Shown here in pieces: positions 20,574-28,815 of a DNA stretch of 64,000 bases (within the stretch, counting starts at the first letter, position 1; every line of letters begins with the position of its first letter). The notes beneath the pieces were generated by a model. The model worked only from the letters and a program-made list of their open reading frames with translations. It was not told the origin of the DNA and ran no database searches. Source of the DNA: Candidatus Woesebacteria bacterium GW2011_GWF1_31_35 (GTDB lineage Bacteria > Patescibacteriota > Microgenomatia > UBA8517); contig CP011214.1 of assembly GCA_001029755.1 (NCBI GenBank), positions 65,754 to 129,753 of the forward strand, read 5' to 3'. A program made the translations under genes and the position numbers.

Positions 20574-21798
20574 TCTTTTCTTTACCCATCCATTTTTGAA
20601 GTACTAATGGAATTGAAATTGAACCATCTTCATTTTGAAAATTTTCATAAATTGCAATTACAGTCCTACTCGTTGTAACGATTGTTCCGTTAAGTGTATG
20701 GACAAAAACATTTTCACCATCCATCTTTGTTTTAATATTTAATCTTCTACTTTGAAAATCAGTGGTGTTGCTGGCACTTGTAATTTCTCTATATTTATTT
20801 TGTGATGGCATCCATGCTTCTAAATCATATTTTTTAGTTGCAGCGTTACCAAGATCTCCGGAAGTCATTTTTACAACTTGATAAGGTATACCCAGTTCTT
20901 GATAGATTTCTTCTTCAATTGCTAATAGTTCTTCATGAATTTTTGTAGAATCTTTTGGATCACAAAAAACAACCATCTCTACTTTTTTAAATTCATGAAC
21001 TCTTAAAATTCCTCTTACATCTTTTCCGTAACTTCCAATTTCTTTTCTATAACAACTAGAAAGTCCTACATATTTTAGTGGTAATTTAGAAGATTCAATC
21101 ATTTCATCAGTGTGCATTCCAACTAAGGTAATTTCTGCTGTTGCAATTAAATCAAGATCTTCATCTTCCAAGTGATAAATTTGTCTTTCTTTATCACTTC
21201 TTGCTTGAAATCCACAACCTACAATATTTCGCTCTTTTGCCACATTTGGAGTAATAACAGGAATAAATCCTTTTGAAATTAATTTTTCAAATGCAAACTG
21301 TTCTAATGCTAATTCAAGTAATACTGCATCATTTTTAAAATAGAAAAAACCTGACTGGGCAACTTTTGCTCCTCTTTCTAAATCAATTGTGTCAGTTATA
21401 ATTCCTAAATCTACATGATCTCGTACATTGAAAGAAAATTCTGGTAGCTCACCTACTTTTTTAATAACTTCATTTTCGTCAGCATTTCCTACTTTAACAT
21501 CAGATGCAGAAGGATTTGGAATTTTAAACATAAGTGTATTAAATTCTTCCTCAATCTTTTTTAAATCATCCTCGACTTCTTTTAATTCTGTTTTTAAATC
21601 TTTACCCCTACTTGATGATTCGTGGCTTTTACTTAATTCATTTCTTTCTGCCCTTAATTTTTCAGATTTTAAAATCGAATCTCTTCTTTTCTCATCAACT
21701 TTCAGAAGTTTATCAACCACGTTTTCATCAAAACCTTTGTCTTTGGTAGCTTTTTTTATAAAATCACTATTTTCTCTAATAAACTTAATATCTAACAT
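20560..21798 (-). CDS. serS: Serine--tRNA ligase
   Basis: MLDIKFIR, TAE, RVHEFKKVE, KKYDLEAW, HTLNGT. Confidence 0.97.
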   Translation of the reverse strand: MLDIKFIRENSDFIKKATKDKGFDENVVDKLLKVDEKRRDSILKSEKLRAERNELSKSHESSSRGKDLKTELKEVEDDLKKIEEEFNTLMFKIPNPSASDVKVGNADENEVIKKVGELPEFSFNVRDHVDLGIITDTIDLERGAKVAQSGFFYFKNDAVLLELALEQFAFEKLISKGFIPVITPNVAKERNIVGCGFQARSDKERQIYHLEDEDLDLIATAEITLVGMHTDEMIESSKLPLKYVGLSSCYRKEIGSYGKDVRGILRVHEFKKVEMVVFCDPKDSTKIHEELLAIEEEIYQELGIPYQVVKMTSGDLGNAATKKYDLEAWMPSQNKYREITSASNTTDFQSRRLNIKTKMDGENVFVHTLNGTIVTTSRTVIAIYENFQNEDGSISIPLVLQKWMGKEKINVR

Positions 21799-21833
21799 AT
21801 AAAGTTATTATAAACTAAGTTTACAGGCTTTGC

Positions 21834-22388
21834 CTATAACCCAAGTTCAGAAGAAATTCCTTGCATAGATTTTAAAACGATTTCTATGAACTGATTTAAA
21901 GGTATTCCAAGTTTTTCTTCACACAAACTAATTTGTTCTCTACTAACTCCTTTTGCAAAAGATTTTTCAGGCCATTTTTTTAATACATTTTCAACTGTTA
22001 CAAAAGATAATTTTTTCTCAGGTCTGACAAGTGCAACAGCTACAATTAATCCTGTTAATTCATCGCAACAATACAAACTCCATTCTAATTTTGTGGTAGG
22101 TTCTGGTAGACCATCTCTATATTGCCATGCATGAGTTTTAATAGCGTTAATTAAAACTTTATCTTCTTTTCTTTTTTTCAATTCTTCAATCAAAAATAAT
22201 GGATGAGTATCTGGATGTTTTTCATAATCAGCATCATGAATTAAACCTACAATTTTCCACAGATTATTATCTTCCTTAAAATAATCAGCTAATCCTCTCA
22301 TAGCAGCTTCGACTGCAAACATATGTTTAACTAAATTTTTGTTTTCAGTTTGAGAAGTAACTAAATTAAAAGCCTCTTCACGAGTCAT
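21834..22388 (-). CDS. HD-domain phosphohydrolase
   Basis: KHM..VEA, GLIHDADYE, DELTGLIVA. Confidence 0.88.
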   Translation of the reverse strand: MTREEAFNLVTSQTENKNLVKHMFAVEAAMRGLADYFKEDNNLWKIVGLIHDADYEKHPDTHPLFLIEELKKRKEDKVLINAIKTHAWQYRDGLPEPTTKLEWSLYCCDELTGLIVAVALVRPEKKLSFVTVENVLKKWPEKSFAKGVSREQISLCEEKLGIPLNQFIEIVLKSMQGISSELGL

Positions 22389-22690
22389 TTTTTCTTTGAA
22401 GCAACTGTCTTTGGAGAAAGTTGTTTTCGAAGTCTAAAGATTATCACACTGCGAACAAGGTTACAAATTAAGGTTAATAGCCAATAAACGGTTGGTACTA
22501 TAATTATCGCTTGCATTATTTTTAAAGATGATGCTTTGTATGGATCAATTATTTTAGGAAAAACTGATGGAGCTCCAATAAAAAGAAGTAGAGACAAAAT
22601 TGAAATTGAAATTGATTCTGTAGCACAATGAACGATATCTTTCTTCAATCCTTTAATCTCGTGCAAAATTTGTTCTTTATCTTTTTTCAT
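22385..22690 (-). CDS. Small 2-TM hypothetical protein
   Basis: Translationally coupled to both neighbours; two hydrophobic segments. Confidence 0.65.
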   Translation of the reverse strand: MKKDKEQILHEIKGLKKDIVHCATESISISILSLLLFIGAPSVFPKIIDPYKASSLKIMQAIIIVPTVYWLLTLICNLVRSVIIFRLRKQLSPKTVASKKK

Positions 22691-24111
22691 ATTTCAGGTC
22701 TTAATAAAGGAAATAATACAGTTTCTTTTATAGGCTTGTCAACAAGGAAAGAGAAAAGACGCTCAGAAACACCAAATCCTGAGACTGGTGGCATACCATA
22801 TTCTAATGCTCTTACAAAATCCCAATCATTCATTTGTGCTTCTAAATCCCCGCTATCTCGAAGTTTTTGTTGTTCTTTAAATCTTTCAGCTTGATCAATA
22901 GGATCATTTAATTCTGAATATCCATTGCCCATTTCACTCCCTGCAATAATTACTTGATATCTTTCAACATTTTCTGGTTTACTTTCAATTCTTTTAGCAA
23001 GTGGTGAAACTTCAACAGGATGTCCCACTAAAAAGACTGGGCCTACAATTTCTTTTCTTACATGTTTCCAGAGTAAATCAATTAACCTAGATTTTGAAAG
23101 ATTTTTATCATAATCAGTCTTTAAGTCTTTTAGTTTTGTTTCAATTTCTTTAATTGTAGCTTTACTTATATCAATCTTAATTTTTTCATTTATAGTTTCT
23201 GTATAGTCAATTTTTTCCCAGTTTCTTTCTAAATTAACAGACTCTCCACCTATTTCAAATTTTAATTTTCCAAAAGTCTCTTTAGCAACAAATTTATACA
23301 TCTCCTCTACTAATTTCATTGAATCTTCATAATTAACGTAAGCCCAGTAAAATTCCATTTGGGTATAATCTTGAAGATGTTCACGACTTAGGCCTTCATT
23401 CCTAAATTGTCTACCTATCTCAAATGTTTTGTCAAAACCTGCAACCATTAATCTTTTCTGCCAAAGTTCTCCCATTGAAATTCGAAGATAAAGATCGATA
23501 TCTAATGCATCATGATGAGTAATAAACGGTTTTGCATCCGCTCCTCCTGCAGTATTTTCTAAAACTGGAGTCTCAACTTCTAAAAATCCTTTTTCAATCA
23601 AAAAATTTCTCATACTATTCCAGAATATTGATTTTTTAATAAAAATGTCACGAAGTTCATCGTTTAACAGCAAATCAACATATCTTTGTCTGTATCTTTC
23701 TTCTGTATCTTTTAAACCATACCAGGTACTTGGAAGTTGTTTTATGGATTTAGTTAATATTTGAAAATCCTCTACTGAAACTGTAATTTCTCCTGCTTGA
23801 GTTTTAATTACTGAGCCATTGACTGCCAAGAAATCCCCAGTATCTATTAAACTTAATATTTCAAATTTTTCATTTAATGTCTTTTTCTGAAATAAGATTT
23901 GGATAATTCCACTAGAATCTTTTAAATCAGCAAAGATAACTCCACCATGAACTCTTAAGGACCATACTCTACCTGTAATTAAGACCTCTTTGTCCATTGA
24001 TTCACGAGCAATAGATATTAAAATATGCTTTCCTTTTAGATTAATTTTTGAAGGATAAGGATTAATTCCTAAACTCTTTATCTTTTCTAATTTTTCGAGT
24101 TTATCGTCCAT
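22687..24111 (-). CDS. lysS: Lysine--tRNA ligase (class II)
   Basis: RYRQRYVDL, GGADAKPF, FRNEG, YSELNDP, EYGMPP. Confidence 0.97.
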   Translation of the reverse strand: MDDKLEKLEKIKSLGINPYPSKINLKGKHILISIARESMDKEVLITGRVWSLRVHGGVIFADLKDSSGIIQILFQKKTLNEKFEILSLIDTGDFLAVNGSVIKTQAGEITVSVEDFQILTKSIKQLPSTWYGLKDTEERYRQRYVDLLLNDELRDIFIKKSIFWNSMRNFLIEKGFLEVETPVLENTAGGADAKPFITHHDALDIDLYLRISMGELWQKRLMVAGFDKTFEIGRQFRNEGLSREHLQDYTQMEFYWAYVNYEDSMKLVEEMYKFVAKETFGKLKFEIGGESVNLERNWEKIDYTETINEKIKIDISKATIKEIETKLKDLKTDYDKNLSKSRLIDLLWKHVRKEIVGPVFLVGHPVEVSPLAKRIESKPENVERYQVIIAGSEMGNGYSELNDPIDQAERFKEQQKLRDSGDLEAQMNDWDFVRALEYGMPPVSGFGVSERLFSFLVDKPIKETVLFPLLRPEI

Positions 24112-24137
24112 TTCGTATATTAAGTATAAAGCGAGGG

Positions 24138-24602
24138 TTATTCTATAGCAAGAATCTCATATAAAACTTTACCTGCAGGAGCTTCAACTTCTAATTTTTC
24201 TCCTACTTTTTTTCCAATTAAAGCAGAACCTAAAGGAGAAGTTGGAGATATCTTTCTATTAACAGGATCTGCTTCCCATTCTCCAACTATTTCAAAAGTA
24301 TTTTTAATTCCATTTACTCTAACTGTAACTTTTGCACCAACTCCAGCTCCACTTCCTGATTTTGGTAAAGAAGCTACAATTTTTGCATTTTTAATAACAT
24401 CATTTAATTCATCGATTCTTCCTTCCAAAAATCCTAATTCTTCTTTAGCATTTTGATAATCACTATTTTCAGACAAATCTCCCTGTGATCTCGCATTAGA
24501 AAGTCTTTCTATTAATTGTGGTCTTTTTGTTTCCAGCAAAACCACTAACTCATCCTTAAGAGCTTTGAATCCTTTTTCTGTAAGTTGTATTTGTTTCGCC
24601 AT
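24138..24602 (-). CDS. greA: Transcription elongation factor GreA
   Basis: GDLSENSDY, EAD...ISPTSPLGSAL. Confidence 0.96.
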   Translation of the reverse strand: MAKQIQLTEKGFKALKDELVVLLETKRPQLIERLSNARSQGDLSENSDYQNAKEELGFLEGRIDELNDVIKNAKIVASLPKSGSGAGVGAKVTVRVNGIKNTFEIVGEWEADPVNRKISPTSPLGSALIGKKVGEKLEVEAPAGKVLYEILAIE

Positions 24603-24612
24603 ATATCTATCG

Positions 24613-24640
24613 AAAAAAATATCCCTCCTTTTTGGAGAGA
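24613..24640 (-). terminator. Intrinsic-terminator-like hairpin in the greA leader
   Basis: Minus strand TCTCTCC-AAAAA-GGAGGGA followed by TATTTTTTT, between promoter and greA ATG. Confidence 0.55.
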
Positions 24641-24660
24641 AATAATACTAACCGGTCTAG

Positions 24661-24690
24661 ATTCTACCCCCTATTAACATCCAATGTCAA
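24661..24690 (-). promoter_or_regulatory. Sigma70-type promoter for greA
   Basis: TTGACA-18 bp-TAGAAT on the minus strand. Confidence 0.65.
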
Positions 24691-24749
24691 GAAATCAGAA
24701 AGTATCAAAATATAATCATTTTTGATAGAATATAAGATTATAAAGTTAT

Positions 24750-24822
24750 GGCCCCATCGTCTAGTGGCCTAGGACACCAGATTCTCATTCTGGGAACCTG
24801 GATTCGAATTCCAGTGGGGTCA
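24750..24822 (+). tRNA. tRNA-Glu (CTC)
   Basis: Acceptor GGCCCCA/TGGGGTC, anticodon arm CCAGA-TTCTCAT-TCTGG, T-loop TTCGAAT; CCA not encoded. Confidence 0.96.
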
Positions 24823-24998
24823 CATATATCGCAAGGTTCAGCGCGACCCGTTGGCCTGCGCTGAAAAGCCCGATACTGCTTGTTAATTTTTGATCGAATT
24901 GTTCGAAATGTCGTTTTAGATCCTGTAATACGCAAATTCCCCTCTACTTTTTCCTTGCATTTAAGCCACGAGAAGAACACCTATCCTAGGTGTTGAGG

Positions 24999-25460
24999 CT
25001 ATTTTTGAATTGTTATCGCCCTTTTTGACAGAATAAACTTCGTTTTGATGAATGAAAGTGCTTCCTGTCTTTCCTCGGCAGTTCCGATCTAAAGTATGTG
25101 TAAGAGATAGTTTTTTGTCATCTCATTTTTATCTGCTGAAGTTTGAGGAATTCTGTTGAATTCAGCTAGATGTCCATCTATAAATTCCTGATGGAGTACT
25201 TGGGTTTTGAGCCGGTGGTACCGTTCAATATCTTCTTGAATTTTTCTTGTTACTCCGGTGTGATTAAATTTGATTTTGTCGATATTGGCAATTAGTTGTT
25301 TTACCAAGTCGTCTTCAGTAATGTATGGCTCATCGCACTCGTAATTTAATGATCGGCCACAGTGATAATAGGTATGTTTGGCATATCCACCATGTTTTAG
25401 TTTTCTGATTTTTTCCTGAACTTCTTTCAGCCTTTCTTTTATCTCGTCTTCCTTTTTCAT
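24999..25460 (-). pseudogene. C-terminal fragment of a large serine recombinase, with in-frame TAG at 25089-25091
   Basis: HTYYHCGRSLNYECDEPYITEDDLVKQL and the post-stop IGTAEERQEALSF align with HIYYHCARPLSKCTEPYISEDKLIKQI and SGTIQEKRDLVKA of 36670..37989; catalytic N-terminus is missing. Confidence 0.85.
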
Positions 25461-25858
25461 TTCAATTTTTTTAGTAGTTCCTTTGGCGTTTTAACAATTT
25501 CTCTAAAAAGAATCTTTCGTGCATACTCTTCATCTTTGTCTGAAAGAGCATAAACTGGTTTGCCTAGTGCTACTGCGTATCCAATTTCTTGAGTAGTGCT
25601 ATTTCCACAATATCCATCTTTGTTAAAAACAAAAACTACATCAGCATTTTTTATCTTTTGAAAATGGTCAAATGTTAAACCTGCGACTACTTTTTCTTTA
25701 TACGTTTCTGATAGACCCTGGAATTCCTTAATTAATTTTGGTTCACGAAGTGGAAATGGTGGTTCAAACACGACAACACCCAGCTTTCTAAGTTCTGCTG
25801 CAAATTTTATGACTTCTGTTTTGAATCTTCCGCTTCCGCAAATAACAACACTTTTCAT
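25457..25858 (-). CDS. Nucleoside 2-deoxyribosyltransferase-like (NDT-fold) protein
   Basis: SVVICGSGRF...ADVVFVFNKDGYCGNSTTQEIGYAVALGKPVY. Confidence 0.7.
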   Translation of the reverse strand: MKSVVICGSGRFKTEVIKFAAELRKLGVVVFEPPFPLREPKLIKEFQGLSETYKEKVVAGLTFDHFQKIKNADVVFVFNKDGYCGNSTTQEIGYAVALGKPVYALSDKDEEYARKILFREIVKTPKELLKKLK

Positions 25859-25862
25859 AATT

Positions 25863-26249
25863 TTATTTTAGTCTTTTTACTAGTTCCTTTGGAGTTTTAA
25901 TAATTTCATCAAAGAGAACATTTCTACAGGGTTCATCTTTATCTTCACTAAATACATATATTGGTTTCCCTAAGGCTTCAGCAAATCCCAACTCCATTGT
26001 TCCACTATTGCCCATATAACCATCTTTGTTAAAAATATAAACCACTTCTGACTTTCTAATAAAACTAAAGTGGTGGTGAGTTAACCCCAAGAACGAATAT
26101 CTTTTCAAGTTTGGTGGAAGATCATCTATTCTTCTGTCTTGGTTTAATATTGGTTCATGCACGGTCACTCCAAGTGCCTTGAGGTCTTTGCTAAATTTTC
26201 TGATTTCCTTTTCAAACCTTCTTGAACCACAAATTACAACACTTTTCAT
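25863..26249 (-). CDS. NDT-fold protein, tandem paralog
   Basis: SVVICGSRRF...FNKDGYMGNSGTMELGFAEALGKPIY. Confidence 0.7.
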   Translation of the reverse strand: MKSVVICGSRRFEKEIRKFSKDLKALGVTVHEPILNQDRRIDDLPPNLKRYSFLGLTHHHFSFIRKSEVVYIFNKDGYMGNSGTMELGFAEALGKPIYVFSEDKDEPCRNVLFDEIIKTPKELVKRLK

Positions 26250-26294
26250 TGGGCAAATTGTACCACAATTTTACGATAGAAATTATTAAGATAT

Positions 26295-27182
26295 TTGATG
26301 GTTTGGTATACTTCAGTTGTGCTAAACAATAGAGGTCAAACTTTTAAACTTAAAGACGGAAGAAAATTAGGGTATGTCGAATATGGAGATCCAAAAGGTA
26401 AGCCTGTTTTCTTTTTTCATGGTTGGCCGGGATCTCGTTTTGCAGGGAAAGAGGCAGACAATGCTGGCAAAAAGTTAGGTGTAAGAATAATTTCAACAGA
26501 TAGACCGGGAATTGGATTATCGGATTTCAAAAAAGACAGGAGACTTCTTGATTGGCCAGACGATATTGTTGAGTTAGCAAACTATTTGAAAATAAAGAAG
26601 TTCTCTTTAATGGGAGTTTCTGGTGGTGGGCCATATGTTGCTGTGTGTGCATACAAAATTCCTGAAAGGATAATAAAAGCTGGTATAGTTGTCGGTCTAG
26701 CCCCCATAACTAAAAAGAATTTAGAAGGAATGTCGTCTCGAGGGAACGTTGGTTGGGCAAACTATCATAGATTTCCTTGGTTAAGAACACTTTCAGCCTT
26801 AAATTCGGCAATTCTTTTTAAATACGTTCCTTTTCTTGGCAATCTTCTCGCCTTTCCGACTAAACAAGATCATTTAGCGTATATCGAAGCTGTCAAAAAT
26901 AAAGCAGGAGAAGAATCCAGTGTTAAAGAAGCATTCAATCAAGGGATAAAAGGCCCAAGCGAGGAATTGAGGGTTTATACTGACAACTGGGGTTTTAAAG
27001 TGAAAGATATTAAAGGAAAAGTATATCTTTGGTATGGAGCAAAAGATAAATGTGTTTCCTTAAACATGGCCAGGTATTATGAATCTCAGATCCCAAACAG
27101 TAAATTATTTATTGATAAAGATGGAGGTCATCTTGCAAGGTACAACTTTGAAGAAAGAATATTAAAGACGCTAACACTATAA
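26295..27182 (+). CDS. Alpha/beta hydrolase
   Basis: FHGWPGSR, DRPGIGLS, GVSGGG, GAKD, GGH; start probably GTG at 26319. Confidence 0.88.
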   Translation: MMVWYTSVVLNNRGQTFKLKDGRKLGYVEYGDPKGKPVFFFHGWPGSRFAGKEADNAGKKLGVRIISTDRPGIGLSDFKKDRRLLDWPDDIVELANYLKIKKFSLMGVSGGGPYVAVCAYKIPERIIKAGIVVGLAPITKKNLEGMSSRGNVGWANYHRFPWLRTLSALNSAILFKYVPFLGNLLAFPTKQDHLAYIEAVKNKAGEESSVKEAFNQGIKGPSEELRVYTDNWGFKVKDIKGKVYLWYGAKDKCVSLNMARYYESQIPNSKLFIDKDGGHLARYNFEERILKTLTL

Positions 27183-27689
27183 ATGATTGAAAAACACCCA
27201 TTCGGGAATTTTGTTCCTAAGAAACCAAAATATCTAATGTTGGGCAGTTTCGTAACCAAGCCGTCAAACCCATACGAATGGTTTTATGCCAACGGTAGAA
27301 ACCAATTCTGGCCAATAATGGGGGAGGTTTATACTTCTAACTTCAGCACCAAAGAAAAACAACAAAAGCTTTTTATACAACTAGAGATGGCTCTTGCGGA
27401 CATAATTTTATCTTGCGAAAGAAAGAAAAATAGTAATTTAGACATAAATCTGTTTAACATTGTCTATAATACGAAAGCAATAACGACCATTATTGACAAA
27501 TACAACATAAAGAAGATATTTTTCACTAGTCGGTATGTAGAAAACCTATTTAGAAAACAATTTAAAGGTCTTATCGAACAACATCCTAAAGTAGAATTGG
27601 TTACATTACCCTCACCTTCACCTCGTTACGCCATGGTTACCAAGTTGGAAAAGGTGGCTAAATATAAGGAGTTGCTGCCAAGACTCTAG
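27183..27689 (+). CDS. Uracil-DNA glycosylase superfamily protein (MUG/hypoxanthine-glycosylase-like)
   Basis: HPF, LMLGSF, FYANGRNQFW, LPSPSP motifs. Confidence 0.82.
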   Translation: MIEKHPFGNFVPKKPKYLMLGSFVTKPSNPYEWFYANGRNQFWPIMGEVYTSNFSTKEKQQKLFIQLEMALADIILSCERKKNSNLDINLFNIVYNTKAITTIIDKYNIKKIFFTSRYVENLFRKQFKGLIEQHPKVELVTLPSPSPRYAMVTKLEKVAKYKELLPRL

Positions 27690-27693
27690 TTAA

Positions 27694-27825
27694 TATATCA
27701 AACTACATTATTATCATTTGAGACACCCTTTTTATAGTGTCTCATTTGTCTCATTTAGCCTTGATATGATACACTACGAAAGTTACTGGTTATGGGACTA
27801 AAGGGTTCCAGACCCGTATGGCTCA
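27694..27825 (+). repeat. Conserved element-terminal sequence, copy A
   Basis: Shares TATATCAAACTACAT and TTTTATAGTGTCTCATTTGTCTC(A/G)TTTAGCCTTGA(T/A)ATGATACACT plus a downstream hairpin with 48009..48140. Confidence 0.9.
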
Positions 27826-27896
27826 CTATTTTAAACTATAACTTCAACAATCTTTATTTTTTAATGATGAGGTGATAAAGTCCTTCAATATGCAAT

Positions 27897-28256
27897 ATGA
27901 TTGAGAATAATAAAAATATACCTCCAGTGGAGACGGGGAATTTATTGGTCATGATTAGGGAAGCCACAAAAAGTGATTTAATTATTGCGAACTGGGATGA
28001 ATATGATAAATCATTTAATGATTTTACAAATGGATTTAAGGCCTCTGGTCATTTAGTTTTCGGATATCTTGATGGTAATAATGAATTTTATCCAGCAAAT
28101 TCTAATAAAGACATCTTCTATTCATATGATCTTACAAAAAGTATCAAAATAATTTCATGTAATCCTCAACCAATTATTCAAAAATTTAAAATTGAGGGTT
28201 ATGACAAAAATACAGGGAAAATAATTTTTGAAACAAACAACACTTCAAATAATTAA
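27897..28256 (+). CDS. Hypothetical protein
   Basis: 119-aa ORF with no recognised motif. Confidence 0.55.
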   Translation: MIENNKNIPPVETGNLLVMIREATKSDLIIANWDEYDKSFNDFTNGFKASGHLVFGYLDGNNEFYPANSNKDIFYSYDLTKSIKIISCNPQPIIQKFKIEGYDKNTGKIIFETNNTSNN

Positions 28257-28272
28257 ATGAGTATTAATTATT

Positions 28273-28815
28273 TTAACTCTTTTTTATTACCCCAAATTCT
28301 TTAATAAAACTTTCTTTTGTATGATAAAAAAGTGAAAGTGGTTGAGGTATTGATAGTTCATCAAGTTTTGGAGCTCCAATAATAGTTTTATCATGTGCTC
28401 TTATTAAATCTGGATCGTCTATAAATTGGTGAGTTTCAAATCCATGTCTTTCACCCCATTTAGTAGAGAGTGTACATAAACCCCAAATCTCATTAATTTT
28501 AATTAACCGAGAATCATTTTGAAGTTTAACTGCTAAATCGTTTAAATCAGTCTTTAAATTTTTAAAAAAAATCTTCATTAATTCTAGAGGTTTAGAATTA
28601 AGTTTATTTAATTCTTCCAAACCTTCTCGAAAATGAATAGATATAATTCCACAAGAATCATGAATAAAAATTGATAAATGTTTTCCAATTGGAATTGCTT
28701 TATCTTTCAACTCTTCATAATGTGTCCCTTCAATAAAAAGGTATTGTCCTAATGCAATTCTCTTCTCGTTATCCATACTAATTTTAAAATTAAAATTTAT
28801 TATTTTATCGGCCAA
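28273..28815 (-). CDS. Hypothetical protein
   Basis: ORF downstream of lon; no recognised motif. Confidence 0.6.
   Translation of the reverse strand: MADKIINFNFKISMDNEKRIALGQYLFIEGTHYEELKDKAIPIGKHLSIFIHDSCGIISIHFREGLEELNKLNSKPLELMKIFFKNLKTDLNDLAVKLQNDSRLIKINEIWGLCTLSTKWGERHGFETHQFIDDPDLIRAHDKTIIGAPKLDELSIPQPLSLFYHTKESFIKEFGVIKKS

Larger units (their letters stand above)
24823..27825. mobile_element. Decayed serine-recombinase integrative element at tRNA-Glu
   Basis: Begins at tRNA 3' end; recombinase remnant; cargo genes; ends in terminal sequence shared with the tRNA-Gln island. Confidence 0.75.

Noticed and set aside
24738-24980. 80-aa ORF
   Set aside because: Antisense to tRNA-Glu; spurious
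27781-27825. Assignment of the terminal hairpin to a known riboswitch class
   Set aside because: I could not match it to purine, ZTP, preQ1, fluoride or c-di-GMP consensus by eye; an Rfam search is needed
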